From assembly GCA_965232515.1 (NCBI GenBank), contig CBDDPY010000002.1:2304001-2368000 (forward strand): a stretch of DNA of 64,000 nt, in the 5' to 3' direction. A program made the position numbers and the translations under genes. The DNA comes from Alphaproteobacteria bacterium (lineage in GTDB: Bacteria; Pseudomonadota; Alphaproteobacteria; GCA-2731375). Of the stretch, positions 19,275-29,620 are shown one piece after another. How positions within the stretch are numbered: position 1 is the first letter of the stretch; each line of letters opens with the position of its first letter. The notes beneath the pieces are model-generated. The model was not told the origin of the DNA. It saw nothing but the letters and a program-made list of their open reading frames with translations, and did not search any database.

Positions 19275-20224
19275 GGCTCCGTCCTCGCGCCGCGGAACCG
19301 GGACAGCAGCGACCAGACGCCGCCCGGCAGGAAGAAGATGATCAGCAGCAGCGTGCCGCCGACGATCATCTGCCAGGCATAGGGCACCAGCTCGAAGGCG
19401 TAGGTGCGCAGCAGCTCGAAGATCACCGAGCCGATAAAGGGCGCGGCGACGCTGCCGGGACCGCTGAGAATGGTGACGAACACCAGCTCGCCCGAGGCCG
19501 TCCAGTTGACCATGGAGTCGGGATCGACCTGGCCCAAGGCCATGGCCATGAAGGCGCCGGCGGCGCCCGTCAGCGCCGTCGACATGACGTATTTCACGTG
19601 GATCGCCTGCTCGACCGAATAGCCGAGATACTCGACCCGGATGTCGTTGTCGCGGATCGCCGTGGTCAGGCGCCCCAGCGTCGAGCCAAGATAGAGCTGC
19701 ACGGCGACCGCGGCGAGATAGCCGACGATACACAGCGCCACGAACAACGCCAGCTTGCCGGGCGTGCCTTCCAGCGCGATGCCAAGGAAAGTCGGTTGCG
19801 CGACCGCGAAACCGTCGGTGCTGCCCAACGGCTCGGACTTCACCAGGATGCCGTAGAGGATCATGGAGAAGGCCAGGTTCAGCATGGCGAAGAAGATGTC
19901 GCGGTAGCGCCGGATGATGAAGCCGAGCAGGAAACCGACCAGGCCCGCGACGAACACACCGGCGATCAGCAGCAGAAAGAAGTCGGTGACGCCCCAATTC
20001 TTCTGCAACAGCGCCACGGCATACGCGCCGAGGCCGAAATAGAGCGCGTGGCCGAACGAGACCAGGCCGGTGCGCCAGAGCACCATCAGGCCGAGCACGG
20101 CGAGCGCCCGCGAAAAGCCGAACAGGAGCTGGTTCAGCATCCATTCGGGAATGAAGAACGCGGCCGCGATCAAAACGACAAGCGCGACGGTCAAACCCTG
20201 GACGGTGCGGTCGCTCAGCAGCAT
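19271..20224 (-). CDS. ABC transporter permease (LivM-like)
   Basis: GLVSFGHALYFGLGAY, FAMLNLAF; multi-TM. Confidence 0.88.
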   Translation of the reverse strand: MLLSDRTVQGLTVALVVLIAAAFFIPEWMLNQLLFGFSRALAVLGLMVLWRTGLVSFGHALYFGLGAYAVALLQKNWGVTDFFLLLIAGVFVAGLVGFLLGFIIRRYRDIFFAMLNLAFSMILYGILVKSEPLGSTDGFAVAQPTFLGIALEGTPGKLALFVALCIVGYLAAVAVQLYLGSTLGRLTTAIRDNDIRVEYLGYSVEQAIHVKYVMSTALTGAAGAFMAMALGQVDPDSMVNWTASGELVFVTILSGPGSVAAPFIGSVIFELLRTYAFELVPYAWQMIVGGTLLLIIFFLPGGVWSLLSRFRGARTEP

Positions 20225-21120
20225 CAGATCTTCCTCGCCTTGGCCGGCGCGAACAGACCCTCGGGCCGGAAGACCAGCACCAGCGCCATCACGGCGTAGA
20301 TCACGAACAGCTCGACCTCGGGAAACTGATGCACCGCGAAGGCCCGTGCGACGCCAACGGCCACGGCGCCGATCAGCGCGCCCGGAATGCTGCCCATGCC
20401 GCCGATCACCACGACCGCGAAGGACAGCACGATGACGTCGATGCCGAAGCCCGGCGCGACGGAAACCGTGGGCGCGATGTAAGCGCCGCCCAGTGCGCCG
20501 AGGATGGCGCCGATCACGAAGGTGACGATGTAGACACGCGTGACGTCGATGCCCATGGCCTCGCTGATCTCGCGGTCGTAGATCACGGCGGTCAGCAGCT
20601 TGCCCCACTTGGTCCGGGTCAGGCCGGCCCAGCAGACCGCGGCGACGACGACCGCGAGGCCGATCAGGCTGAGACTGTAATTGTCGCGGAAGATGCCGGC
20701 GATCTCGACGCTGCCCAGCAGGCTCATCGGCTGATAGGCGAAGTAGGGATCGACGCCAAACAACAACAGGATCACGTCCTCCAGCACCAGGAAGGTGCCG
20801 AAGGTCGCCAACACGATCAGCACCTCGTCGCGGTGATACATGTGCTGCAGGATCACCCGCTCGAGGATCACGCCAAGCACCACGCCCACGCTAACTGCCG
20901 CGGCGAAGATGGCCAGGAAGCCGATCCAGTCGGGCCAGCCGGCCTCGGCCAGCGTGCTGATCAGGAACGCCGCGACATAGGCGCCCCAGGCATAGAAGCT
21001 GCCGTGCGTGACGTTCAGGATCTTCATCACGCCGAAAATGATCGTCAGGCCGACCGAGACGATGAACAGGTATGACGAAAACACCAGCCCGTCGAGCAGG
21101 ATGGTGAGGGCGAGATCCAT
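20224..21120 (-). CDS. ABC transporter permease (LivH-like)
   Basis: GLTIIFGVMKILNVTHG, VVIGGMGS, RPEGLF. Confidence 0.9.
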   Translation of the reverse strand: MDLALTILLDGLVFSSYLFIVSVGLTIIFGVMKILNVTHGSFYAWGAYVAAFLISTLAEAGWPDWIGFLAIFAAAVSVGVVLGVILERVILQHMYHRDEVLIVLATFGTFLVLEDVILLLFGVDPYFAYQPMSLLGSVEIAGIFRDNYSLSLIGLAVVVAAVCWAGLTRTKWGKLLTAVIYDREISEAMGIDVTRVYIVTFVIGAILGALGGAYIAPTVSVAPGFGIDVIVLSFAVVVIGGMGSIPGALIGAVAVGVARAFAVHQFPEVELFVIYAVMALVLVFRPEGLFAPAKARKI

Positions 21121-21206
21121 GGAACCGCGTTATCCGGAGACGAAACGATATTGCGTGGCATGCACGGCAGAGGCGGCACCAACCGCCCCTGCCGATCGCA
21201 CGCCGT

Positions 21207-22505
21207 CTAGCACTTGGCGCCTTGCATGCCGCCTTCGATCCAGCTCACGCTGTCTACGCCGTCCGGCGGCATGACGCATTCCGCCGGATAGAACTTGACG
21301 TCCGTCACGCCTGGCACGCCGTTCTCGGAATCGTACTTGGTGATGCCATAGCCGTTCTCGGTGATCGCCTGGTGGCCGTTGGCGAGCGCCATCTTCACCG
21401 TGGTGCTGAAGGATTCGAACTCCAAGCCCTTGAACGCGGCGACGACCTCGTCCTTGCTCGGGAAGCCGCCCTTCGCCGCGCCGGCCTTGTCGTAGGCGAT
21501 CTTGGTGGCGAGCACGGCCTGCGCATACTGATAGGCCGGTCCGCTGGGGAAGGTGCCGTAGCGGTCCTTGTAGGCGTTGATGAACCACTGGTTCAGCTCG
21601 GTGTCCCGCTCGCGCACCAGCACGCCGTAGGGGCCGCGCGCGCCGAGAATCAGACCGTCCGGCATGCGCTTGCCCAGACGATAGGACGCCGTGCCGCCGA
21701 CCGTGTAGACCACCTTCTTCTTGGCGAACAAGCCGCGCGTCGCGCCCTGGAAGATCATCGCCTCCAGGTCGCCGCCCCAGAGGCTCGAATGCACCATCTC
21801 GGCGCGGTCGAGCGACAGGGCCGAAATCTCCGAGCCGTACTGGCCCTGGAACAGCTTCGGCCACTGCACCTTGTCCGAGGCGCTGGCTCCCGGCATCAGA
21901 ACCTTCACGGCGAGATCGAAGTCACGCCACGAATCCTGGCCCCAGGCATAGTTCTGATTGATGCCCGTGTAGCTCTTGGTTTCGGGGAACATCTCGTTGA
22001 CGTAGTGCGCGGCCGCGACGTTGTCGGCGGTGGCGTGCGCCATGGTGCGGAAGATGTAGTTGCGGGGCGCTTCCTCGAAGATGCGCGGCGTGCCGCAGGT
22101 CGCGAACACGGTCAGCGCCTTCAGCTCCTCGGCGACCGGCGCCAGCGCGGCGCAGGTGCCGCTGGAGACATAGCCCAGCGCCACGTCGACGCCGCGCTTC
22201 TGCACCAGGTTGCGGTATTCGGCGACCTGCTTGGTGTTGCCGCCGGATTCGTCGACGTAAACCGCTTCGACCGTCGCGCCCGCCATGCCCTTGGTGTTGT
22301 AGGGCGCCGGCAGGTTGCCGGCATTGATGGCGGCGATCACCAGTTCGGCGCCGTTGCGCGCCGGCACGCCGAACGGACCGGCGCCCGCGCCCGACAGGAA
22401 CGAGGTCACGCTCATCGAGATCGTGTCCTGCGCCTGCGCCGCACCGGTCAACAGGGCAAGCGCGCCAACGGCAGCAACGCCGGTCTTGAGAATTTTCTTA
22501 TTCAT
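21207..22505 (-). CDS. ABC substrate-binding protein (LivJ/K-like)
   Basis: Signal peptide MNKKIL...AAQA; NYAWGQDS; heads the Liv-type cluster. Confidence 0.88.
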   Translation of the reverse strand: MNKKILKTGVAAVGALALLTGAAQAQDTISMSVTSFLSGAGAGPFGVPARNGAELVIAAINAGNLPAPYNTKGMAGATVEAVYVDESGGNTKQVAEYRNLVQKRGVDVALGYVSSGTCAALAPVAEELKALTVFATCGTPRIFEEAPRNYIFRTMAHATADNVAAAHYVNEMFPETKSYTGINQNYAWGQDSWRDFDLAVKVLMPGASASDKVQWPKLFQGQYGSEISALSLDRAEMVHSSLWGGDLEAMIFQGATRGLFAKKKVVYTVGGTASYRLGKRMPDGLILGARGPYGVLVRERDTELNQWFINAYKDRYGTFPSGPAYQYAQAVLATKIAYDKAGAAKGGFPSKDEVVAAFKGLEFESFSTTVKMALANGHQAITENGYGITKYDSENGVPGVTDVKFYPAECVMPPDGVDSVSWIEGGMQGAKC

Positions 22506-22600
22506 CCGTGCCTCCCATAAGGAGGGGCATTGTGCGGTGACTGGCATCCGCCTGTGCACAACCGAGGTGTCCCATGGCCCAACCACTGTCGGACCCTGTT

Positions 22601-24418
22601 TCAGGCACCACTCCCCTCTGTCCGCGCCGGATCGACCCCGGTTCCGGCAGTCGGGCTATTTTCCCGTTTCACGCCCAGAAGTCCAGTCGTTGCGCGGGCG
22701 GTATGATTAAACCGCGACCGCAGGGCCAACGTGGCCGCGTCATCGATTGTCAACGTCGCGCGATCGATCACGACGCCATGCTCGCGTTCGGCGAACGCGA
22801 TCGAGATCTTTTCGTTCCGGACGTCATCGAGAACCCGCGCCGGATCGCGCGCAAGCGGATCGCCGAACCCGCCACCGCCGGGTTGCTCATGCCGGACCAC
22901 ATCGCCCGCCCGTATGGTCCGAGTGATCTTGCTCGGCAGAACCTCCGGACTTTGGTCGGGGTTCAGCACATTGCGGGTGCCGCGCGCCGGGCCGCCGCCG
23001 TTCAGGCCATAGGGCCGATGCGTCTGCCGGTCGGCGCGCAGCTGCAGGCCGGCTTCGGCCGCCAGCAGTCGATATTCGCGCACGATCCCAAGGCCGCCGC
23101 GATACTCACCCGGACCGCAGCTGTCCGGGATCAGGCCATATTCCTCGATCCGGACGGGGTGCTGCGCCTCTAGCACCTCGACCGGCGTGTTCGACAGGTT
23201 CTGCGATGGGTTGGTCACGGCCTCGATGCCGTCCTTGTCGGGCCGGCCGCCCCAGGCGCCACAGATCATGTCGACAATGATGAACGGCCGGTTGTCGTCG
23301 CGGTAGCCGCCGAAGCAGACCACCGTGTTGCCGCCCTCGCCCGCCGCCGGCACGCGATCCGGCACGACCTGCGCCAGCGCGCCGAACATGGCGTCGACGA
23401 CGCGGTAGCCGGTCAACGCGCGGGCCGCGCAGGGCGCGGGCATTTGCGGATTGAGGATCGACCCTTCCGGCGCGGCGACGTCGATGCAGCGGAACACGCC
23501 GGCATTGTTCGGCACGTCCTTTTGCAGGACGCAACGGACACTGAGATAGGTGCAGGACTGCGTGTAGGAGAGCGTCGAGTTGAGCGCCGCCGGGATCTGC
23601 GGCGCGCTGCCGCTGTAATCCACGGTCAGATGGTCGCCCGCCACGGTAATCGACGCGGCGATTGGCAGTGGCGTGTCGTTGAAGCCGTCATCGTCGATGT
23701 AGTCGGTGAAACGGTAGGTGCCGTCCGGCCAGGCCGCGATCTCCTCGCGCGTCAGCCGTTCGGCATAATCCAGCAGCGCATCGAAATAGGCGCGCGCCGT
23801 GTCGACGCCATAGCGATCGAGCAGTTTGAGGTACTCACGCTCGCCGACGCGGCAGGCCGCGAACTGGGCATCGATGTCGCCCAGCACGATATCCGGCACC
23901 CGCACGTTGACGGCGATCAGGCGGAACAGCGTCTCGTTGCGGCCCCCCTTGTCGTAGAGCTTGGCGACGGGAATGCGCAGGCCTTCCTGATAGATTTCGG
24001 TCGAATCGCTGGCGTTCGAGCCCGGCACGCGCCCGCCCATGTCGCTGTGATGGCAGATGGCGACGGCGAAGCCCTGCAGAACGTCGTCCAGGAACAGCGG
24101 CTTGAACATGAACAGATCCGGCAGATGCATGCCGCCCTGATAGGGATCGTTCAAGACGATGACGTCGCCGGGGTGGAGATCATCGCCGAACCGCCGCAGC
24201 ACCTCGTCCATGGCAACCGGCACGGCGCCCAGGTGCAGCGCGATGGTCTTGGCCTGCGCCAGCATCAGCCCGCGCGCATCACAGAGGCAGGTGGAGAAGT
24301 CCATCACGTCCTTGACGATCTCGGACCGCGCCGTGCTGATCACGCTGAACGCCATCTCGTCGACGATGGCGTTCAGCGCGCTTTTGATCACGGCGAAGGT
24401 GATGGGATCGGTCTGCAT
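22601..24418 (-). CDS. Hydantoinase B / oxoprolinase family protein
   Basis: DPITFAVI, NDPYQGGMHLPD, HHSDMGG, PGGGGFGDP. Confidence 0.9.
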   Translation of the reverse strand: MQTDPITFAVIKSALNAIVDEMAFSVISTARSEIVKDVMDFSTCLCDARGLMLAQAKTIALHLGAVPVAMDEVLRRFGDDLHPGDVIVLNDPYQGGMHLPDLFMFKPLFLDDVLQGFAVAICHHSDMGGRVPGSNASDSTEIYQEGLRIPVAKLYDKGGRNETLFRLIAVNVRVPDIVLGDIDAQFAACRVGEREYLKLLDRYGVDTARAYFDALLDYAERLTREEIAAWPDGTYRFTDYIDDDGFNDTPLPIAASITVAGDHLTVDYSGSAPQIPAALNSTLSYTQSCTYLSVRCVLQKDVPNNAGVFRCIDVAAPEGSILNPQMPAPCAARALTGYRVVDAMFGALAQVVPDRVPAAGEGGNTVVCFGGYRDDNRPFIIVDMICGAWGGRPDKDGIEAVTNPSQNLSNTPVEVLEAQHPVRIEEYGLIPDSCGPGEYRGGLGIVREYRLLAAEAGLQLRADRQTHRPYGLNGGGPARGTRNVLNPDQSPEVLPSKITRTIRAGDVVRHEQPGGGGFGDPLARDPARVLDDVRNEKISIAFAEREHGVVIDRATLTIDDAATLALRSRFNHTARATTGLLGVKRENSPTAGTGVDPARTEGSGA

Positions 24419-24428
24419 GCCGCGTCCT

Positions 24429-26525
24429 TCAGGTCAGCTCGATCACGATGTTGCCGATATCGTCGCGCCGGGCGCGGGCGTCGGGCGGGACAGGTATCGT
24501 GGACTCGTAGGTCTCGATGATGGCGGGTCCCGACATCGGGTTTGCCGTAATCTCGGTACGGTCGATGACGGGCGTCTCGACCGTGGCCGTGTCGCGCGCA
24601 AAGGACACGGGCCGCGATGCGCCGACACCCGGCGCCGGCGGCGCGGTCACCCGCAGATCGCCGAACTCGAGACGCGTCGGCCGGCACCCGATGGCGACAG
24701 CCCGCAGGTTGACCAGTTCGGGCGTCTCCGCGCTGGCATAGCCATAGGCGCGACGGTAGGCGGCGACGAAATCCGACGTCAGTTGCTCGATCACGATCGG
24801 GGTGACCCGCGATGCCGACAGCGGGACCGTGATCTCCGACGACTGCTTGACGTAGCGTAGGTCCGCCAGCAGACGGATTTCGGACGCATCTTCGTCGTAG
24901 CCCTCCTCGGCCAGCACCGCCATTGCCTGCCGCGAGATGTTCGCCAGCGCATGGTTCATCGCATCGATATCGAGGCCGTCGAGCGCCGCGGCATGGGCCT
25001 GGACGAAATGGTGCTCGACATCGCTCGCCAGCATGCCGACGGCCGTAAACACGCCCGGCAGCTCCGGCACCAGAACGCGGCGGATCTCCAGCGCCCGGGC
25101 GATATCGATAGCGTGCAGCGCGCCGGCGCCGCCGAAGCACATCAAGGCGAAGTCGCGGGGGTCGCGCCCGCGCTCGACCGTCACCGAACGGACGGCGCGG
25201 GCCATATTGGCGTTGGCGACGGCGCGGATGCCATGCGCCGCCGCCGCCAGGTCCAGTCCCAACGGTTCGGCGATGTGCCGCACAATCGCCCGCTCCGCCA
25301 GTGCGCGATCGATCCGCATGCTGCCGCCGGCCAGCGCTTCGGGGTTGAGGAAACCGAGTATGACATTGGCGTCGGCCACGGTCGGCCGGTCACCGCCGAG
25401 GCCATAGCAGGCGGGGCCGGGGTCGGCGCCAGCCGATTCCGGGCCGACCTGCAATAGGCCGCCGCTGTCGATGCTCGCGATCGAGCCGGCGCCGGCGCCG
25501 ACCTCGGCGATGTCGATCGCCGGCACCTTCAGCATGTAGCCGCCGGCCTTGATGAAGCGGCTGGGCGTCGAGATGCCCTCGCGGAACTCGTACTCGGTGG
25601 TCAATGACGCCCGGCCGGCCTCGACCAGCGAGGCCTTGGCCGTGGTGCCGCCCATGTCGAAGGCGATCAGGTCGGGACAACCGCTCCGGCTGCCGAGCCG
25701 GCCGGCGCCCGAGACCCCGGCGGCGGGACCGGATCCGACGGCGAAGACCGGCTTCTCCGCCGCGGCCGCGGCGCTGACGACACCGCCGTTCGACGCCACC
25801 ACCAGCAGCGGCGCCGAGATGCCGATCGCGCGCAGACCGTCTTGCAGCCTGTCGAGATAGGCCTGCATGACGGTCAGGATGTAGGCGTTCACCACCGTCG
25901 TGCTGGTCCGCTCGTACTCCTTCATCTCCGGCAGCACGCGGTAGGAGGCGCTGATCTTCAGGTGCGGATGCCGCGCCGCGATCAGGCGTTCGACGGCCTG
26001 CTCGTGCGCCGGGTTCGCATAGCTGTTGATCAGGCAGATCGCGACGCTGGAAACGCCATCGGCGGCCAAGCGGTCGGCGGCGACCTCGACGCTGGCGGTG
26101 TCCAGGTCGCGCACAATGGTGCCGTCGGCGGCGACACGCTCGTCGACCTCCAAACGGTAGCGGCGCTCAACCAGCGGCACCGGCTTGTCCCAGGTCAGGT
26201 CGAACATCTCCGGCGTGCGGATGCGCCCGATCTCCAGGACATCCCGGAATCCACGGGTCGTCAGCAGGCCGGTGCGGGCGCCTGTCTTCTGCAGGATCGT
26301 GTTCGACGCGACGGTGGTGCCGTGAACGATCTCAATTACCTGCCCGGGATCGACGCCGATGTCGGCCAGCAAGCCCCGCAGCCCGCGCACGACGGCCTCG
26401 CCCGGATCGCGCGGCGTGGACGACACCTTGGCGACATGCAGCGTGCCGTCGGCGCGGGCAAGCACGATATCGGTGAAGGTGCCGCCAATATCGACCCCGA
26501 TCCGTACGCCCGCACTGTCCGTCAT
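24429..26525 (-). CDS. Hydantoinase A / oxoprolinase family protein
   Basis: GVDIGGTFTD, HGTT, SGPAAG, DMGGTT, GPESAGADPGPACYG. Confidence 0.92.
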   Translation of the reverse strand: MTDSAGVRIGVDIGGTFTDIVLARADGTLHVAKVSSTPRDPGEAVVRGLRGLLADIGVDPGQVIEIVHGTTVASNTILQKTGARTGLLTTRGFRDVLEIGRIRTPEMFDLTWDKPVPLVERRYRLEVDERVAADGTIVRDLDTASVEVAADRLAADGVSSVAICLINSYANPAHEQAVERLIAARHPHLKISASYRVLPEMKEYERTSTTVVNAYILTVMQAYLDRLQDGLRAIGISAPLLVVASNGGVVSAAAAAEKPVFAVGSGPAAGVSGAGRLGSRSGCPDLIAFDMGGTTAKASLVEAGRASLTTEYEFREGISTPSRFIKAGGYMLKVPAIDIAEVGAGAGSIASIDSGGLLQVGPESAGADPGPACYGLGGDRPTVADANVILGFLNPEALAGGSMRIDRALAERAIVRHIAEPLGLDLAAAAHGIRAVANANMARAVRSVTVERGRDPRDFALMCFGGAGALHAIDIARALEIRRVLVPELPGVFTAVGMLASDVEHHFVQAHAAALDGLDIDAMNHALANISRQAMAVLAEEGYDEDASEIRLLADLRYVKQSSEITVPLSASRVTPIVIEQLTSDFVAAYRRAYGYASAETPELVNLRAVAIGCRPTRLEFGDLRVTAPPAPGVGASRPVSFARDTATVETPVIDRTEITANPMSGPAIIETYESTIPVPPDARARRDDIGNIVIELT

Positions 26526-26659
26526 TCCGGCCGCCCCTGGGTTGCGTGGGCCACAGTCTATCGGCGGTGGGGCGCATGGCAAACGTCGCGCGGACTTGAA
26601 CAAGCCGGCTTCATCTGCTCCGATCGCCGCTCCGGCCCGACCCCTCAGGAGATGCGCCC

Positions 26660-27658
26660 ATGAAACCGACCCTCGGCCTGCTGCTCGGCGACCGCAACGG
26701 CATCGGCCCCGAGATCGCCGTCCGCCTTGCCGACCGGGCGGAAACCCGCACGGCGGCCAATGTCGTGCTGATTGGCGATCCGCAGGTGCTCGAACATGGC
26801 CAGACCGTCGCCGGCATCGACCTGGGCGCGCGGCGGATCGACGATCCGGCCGAGATCGGCGGCGCTGAGGGCGGGCCGTTGTTTCTGCCCTTCACCGCCG
26901 GGGCGAACGAAATCACCGTCGGCGAGGTCAGCGCGGCGGCCGGCAAGGAATGCCTCGAGGGTCTTGTCTATGCGGCCGGCCTGGCGCAGGACGGCCGGAT
27001 CGACGGCTTCGTGTTCGCGCCGCTGAACAAGGCGGCCATGCATGCCGGCGGGCTGCGGCACGAGGACGAGATGCGCTACCTGCAGGAGGTTCTGGCCTAC
27101 GACGGCCTCGTCGGCGAGTTGAACGTGCTCGACAACCTCTGGACCAGCCGGGTCACCAGCCACGTGCCCATAAGCGGCGTCGCCGAACTGATCACCGAGC
27201 GGAACGTGCTCGACGGCATCGAGCTGGCGCACGCCGCGCTATCGACCGCCGGCTATACCCCGCCACGCCTGGCGGTCTGCGGCCTCAATCCGCATGCCGG
27301 CGACGGCGGCAACTTCGGGCGCGAGGAGATCGAGGTCATCGGGCCGGCAATCGAGAAGGCGCGCGGCAACGGCATCGAAGCCAGCGGCCCGTGGCCCAGC
27401 GACACGGTGTTCGTGAAGGCGCGCGACGGCGACTATGACGCCGTGGTGACGATGTATCACGACCAGGGCCAGATCGCGATGAAGCTGATGGGTTTCGGGC
27501 GCGGCGTCACCGTCCTGGGCGGTCTGCCGGTGCCGATCACCACGGCCGGCCACGGCACGGCCTACGATATCGCGGGCAAGGGCATCGCCGGAATCGATTC
27601 CATGGTGGCGGCCTGGGACCTGTGCAGTCGCATGGCCGCGTCGCGACGCGCGGCTTGA
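26660..27658 (+). CDS. pdxA: PdxA-family dehydrogenase (4-hydroxythreonine-4-phosphate / PdxA2-like)
   Basis: GDRNGIGPE, TSHVP, GLNPHAG, MYHDQGQI, HGTAYDIAGKG. Confidence 0.85.
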   Translation: MKPTLGLLLGDRNGIGPEIAVRLADRAETRTAANVVLIGDPQVLEHGQTVAGIDLGARRIDDPAEIGGAEGGPLFLPFTAGANEITVGEVSAAAGKECLEGLVYAAGLAQDGRIDGFVFAPLNKAAMHAGGLRHEDEMRYLQEVLAYDGLVGELNVLDNLWTSRVTSHVPISGVAELITERNVLDGIELAHAALSTAGYTPPRLAVCGLNPHAGDGGNFGREEIEVIGPAIEKARGNGIEASGPWPSDTVFVKARDGDYDAVVTMYHDQGQIAMKLMGFGRGVTVLGGLPVPITTAGHGTAYDIAGKGIAGIDSMVAAWDLCSRMAASRRAA

Positions 27659-27719
27659 TCTGGTTCAAAGACGGTTACACCAATAGTCGCCAACGTTCCA
27701 TCCTGCGTCTAACGGGAGG

Positions 27720-28049
27720 ATGGGGCACATGCCGCGATTGGCGGCTGCACTACTGATGGTGACGCTGCTCGCGGCGCCCGCCGCCATGGCCGCTGGCCAA
27801 GCCGATGCGGCGCGCGGGATCGTGTCGGAACACTGCGCCAAGTGCCACGCCGTGCCCGACTTCAGCGCCAAAAGCATCGTCGCCAACGCGCCGACCTTTA
27901 TCACGATCGCGCGGGAACGGGAGACCTACAGCGAAGCGCGTATCCGCAAATCGCTGCTGAAGCCGCACTTTCCGATGACGGGGATCACGCTGTCGCCGTC
28001 CGACATCGACAATCTGGTGGCCTATTTCGAGGAACTCGGCCGGTCCTGA
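27720..28049 (+). CDS. Small monoheme c-type cytochrome
   Basis: Signal peptide, CAKCH heme motif, distal HFPM. Confidence 0.8.
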   Translation: MGHMPRLAAALLMVTLLAAPAAMAAGQADAARGIVSEHCAKCHAVPDFSAKSIVANAPTFITIARERETYSEARIRKSLLKPHFPMTGITLSPSDIDNLVAYFEELGRS

Positions 28050-28651
28050 ACGCAGCCCTGCAGGATCAGGTCGGCGAAGCCGGCAATCATGCGGTCGAGC
28101 GACAGCTTCTCGCTGGGCCGGTAGCGCATGCCCGCCATATTGCAGGTGCCGATGAAGGCGAGCGTCGCCACACGGCCGTCGAGGTCGGGACGAAAGGCGC
28201 CGCTGGCCACACCGTCGCGGAACAACTGTTCCAACAGCGCCTCGTAGCGGCGCGACAGCGCGCCGACCTCGCGCCGCGCCTCGCGCGGCAGGGCGTGGCG
28301 GTCGAACAGGAAGGTGCGGACATAATCGGGCCGGTCCCCGAACGGCTCCAGGTGATTGGCGACGGCGGCGCGGATTTTCTGCTCGGCCGGTTCGGGTCCG
28401 GCGACGATACACTCCAGCCCCTCGACGAAATCGGCGACGCCGGCCCGGCAAACCTCTTCCAACGCCGCGTCCTTGGACGGAAAATAGTAATAGAGGCTGC
28501 CCTGCTGCATCTGCAGCCGTTCGGCAATGTCGCGGGTGCTGGCGCCGTGATAGCCCTTCTCGGCAAACACGGCGGCCGCCGCATCAATCACCTGCTGTCG
28601 CCGCCGCGCGCGTTTGCCTTCGACGTCGTTCCGCCTCGCCGGTTTCGCCAT
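28022..28651 (-). CDS. TetR-family regulator
   Basis: AAAVFAEKGYHGASTRDIA...GSLYYYFPSK. Confidence 0.9.
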   Translation of the reverse strand: MAKPARRNDVEGKRARRRQQVIDAAAAVFAEKGYHGASTRDIAERLQMQQGSLYYYFPSKDAALEEVCRAGVADFVEGLECIVAGPEPAEQKIRAAVANHLEPFGDRPDYVRTFLFDRHALPREARREVGALSRRYEALLEQLFRDGVASGAFRPDLDGRVATLAFIGTCNMAGMRYRPSEKLSLDRMIAGFADLILQGCVQDRPSSSK

Positions 28652-28671
28652 CAAGTCCGTTGTCGATTGCC

Positions 28672-29487
28672 TCAAGCCGCCCGGCGCCATACCACGGGAA
28701 ACAGCTCGCAGTCCATGGCGTCGCCCGGCTTCAGGCCGGGCTGACGGATCGGCTGCGACATGGCCGGACGTTCCACGAAGCGCGCGTCGTCACCGGTCCA
28801 ACGGGTCGACAAGGCCCGCCGGCGGCGGTCCGAGGTGGCATTGCCGGACGCGCCGTGCACGGTGCGAGCATGGAAGACAATGCAGTCGCCGGGCTCGGTG
28901 TCCCAGCACAGAAACTCGTAGTCGTCCCGGCGGGCGTCGATATCGGGGATCGCCTCCAGCGCGTCGTCGTGGAACAGCGTGCCGCCGCGGAAATCCTGGG
29001 CCCGGAACAGCTTGCCCCAGCGGTGCGAGCCGCGCACGAACTCGACGGCGCCGCTGTCGCGCCGCACCGGATCGAGCGCCAGCCAGAGCGAGCAGACCTG
29101 GTCGCCGTCGACGCACCAATAGGGCAGATCGTGGTGCCAGGGCGTCGGCGATTCGCTGCCCGGCTCCTTCACCAGCAGGTGGTCGTAGAAGAAGTTCACC
29201 TTGGTCGAACGCATGACCGCGCCGGCGATGGCGGCGGCCGGCGATTGGCGGGCGAAGGCCTCGAAGCCGGCATCGAAGGTCCAGACATACATGTCGCCGA
29301 AGAAGGTGCCGGCATCCTCACGCTTGCCATAGCGCATGCCCATGGGCCCGGGGTTGGCCATTACGCGTTCGGTCGCCGTCCGCAGCCGCTCGATCCAATC
29401 CGTATCAAACAAGCCGCGCAGACAGACCGCCCCGTCGCGCTCGTAGGCCGCGATGTCGGCTTCGCTGATGTCGATGTTGGACGCCAT
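28672..29487 (-). CDS. Phytanoyl-CoA dioxygenase (PhyH) family Fe/2OG oxygenase
   Basis: TPWHHD, VRGSHRW, PGDCIVFH..TVHG, RRALS. Confidence 0.88.
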   Translation of the reverse strand: MASNIDISEADIAAYERDGAVCLRGLFDTDWIERLRTATERVMANPGPMGMRYGKREDAGTFFGDMYVWTFDAGFEAFARQSPAAAIAGAVMRSTKVNFFYDHLLVKEPGSESPTPWHHDLPYWCVDGDQVCSLWLALDPVRRDSGAVEFVRGSHRWGKLFRAQDFRGGTLFHDDALEAIPDIDARRDDYEFLCWDTEPGDCIVFHARTVHGASGNATSDRRRRALSTRWTGDDARFVERPAMSQPIRQPGLKPGDAMDCELFPVVWRRAA

Positions 29488-29519
29488 AGGTCTTGCTCCC
29501 GTTTGAATTCGCTCATTTT

Positions 29520-29539
29520 TCTATCAATCGATTGATAGA
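29520..29539. promoter_or_regulatory. Perfect 20-bp palindrome, probable TetR operator
   Basis: TCTATCAATCGATTGATAGA, about 30 bp upstream of the phyH-tetR unit. Confidence 0.75.
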
Positions 29540-29571
29540 TTTTCAAGATAAAATTGACGTCGGATCATTTC

Positions 29572-29620
29572 GTCATGCTGACGCAGGCCAGCATCCACGG
29601 CCGCGGCCGAAGATGGATCC
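29572..29620. repeat. REP-like doublet, left part (interrupted by the IS)
   Basis: GTCATGCTGACGCAGGCCAGCATCCA...TGGATCC. Confidence 0.65.

Noticed and set aside
15457-20608. Apparent fusions or N-terminal extensions in the ORF track (717, 552 and 445 aa ORFs; also 613 and 818 aa ORFs elsewhere)
   Set aside because: The extensions are off-frame overlaps with upstream genes; internal starts with an RBS or stop/start coupling fit better
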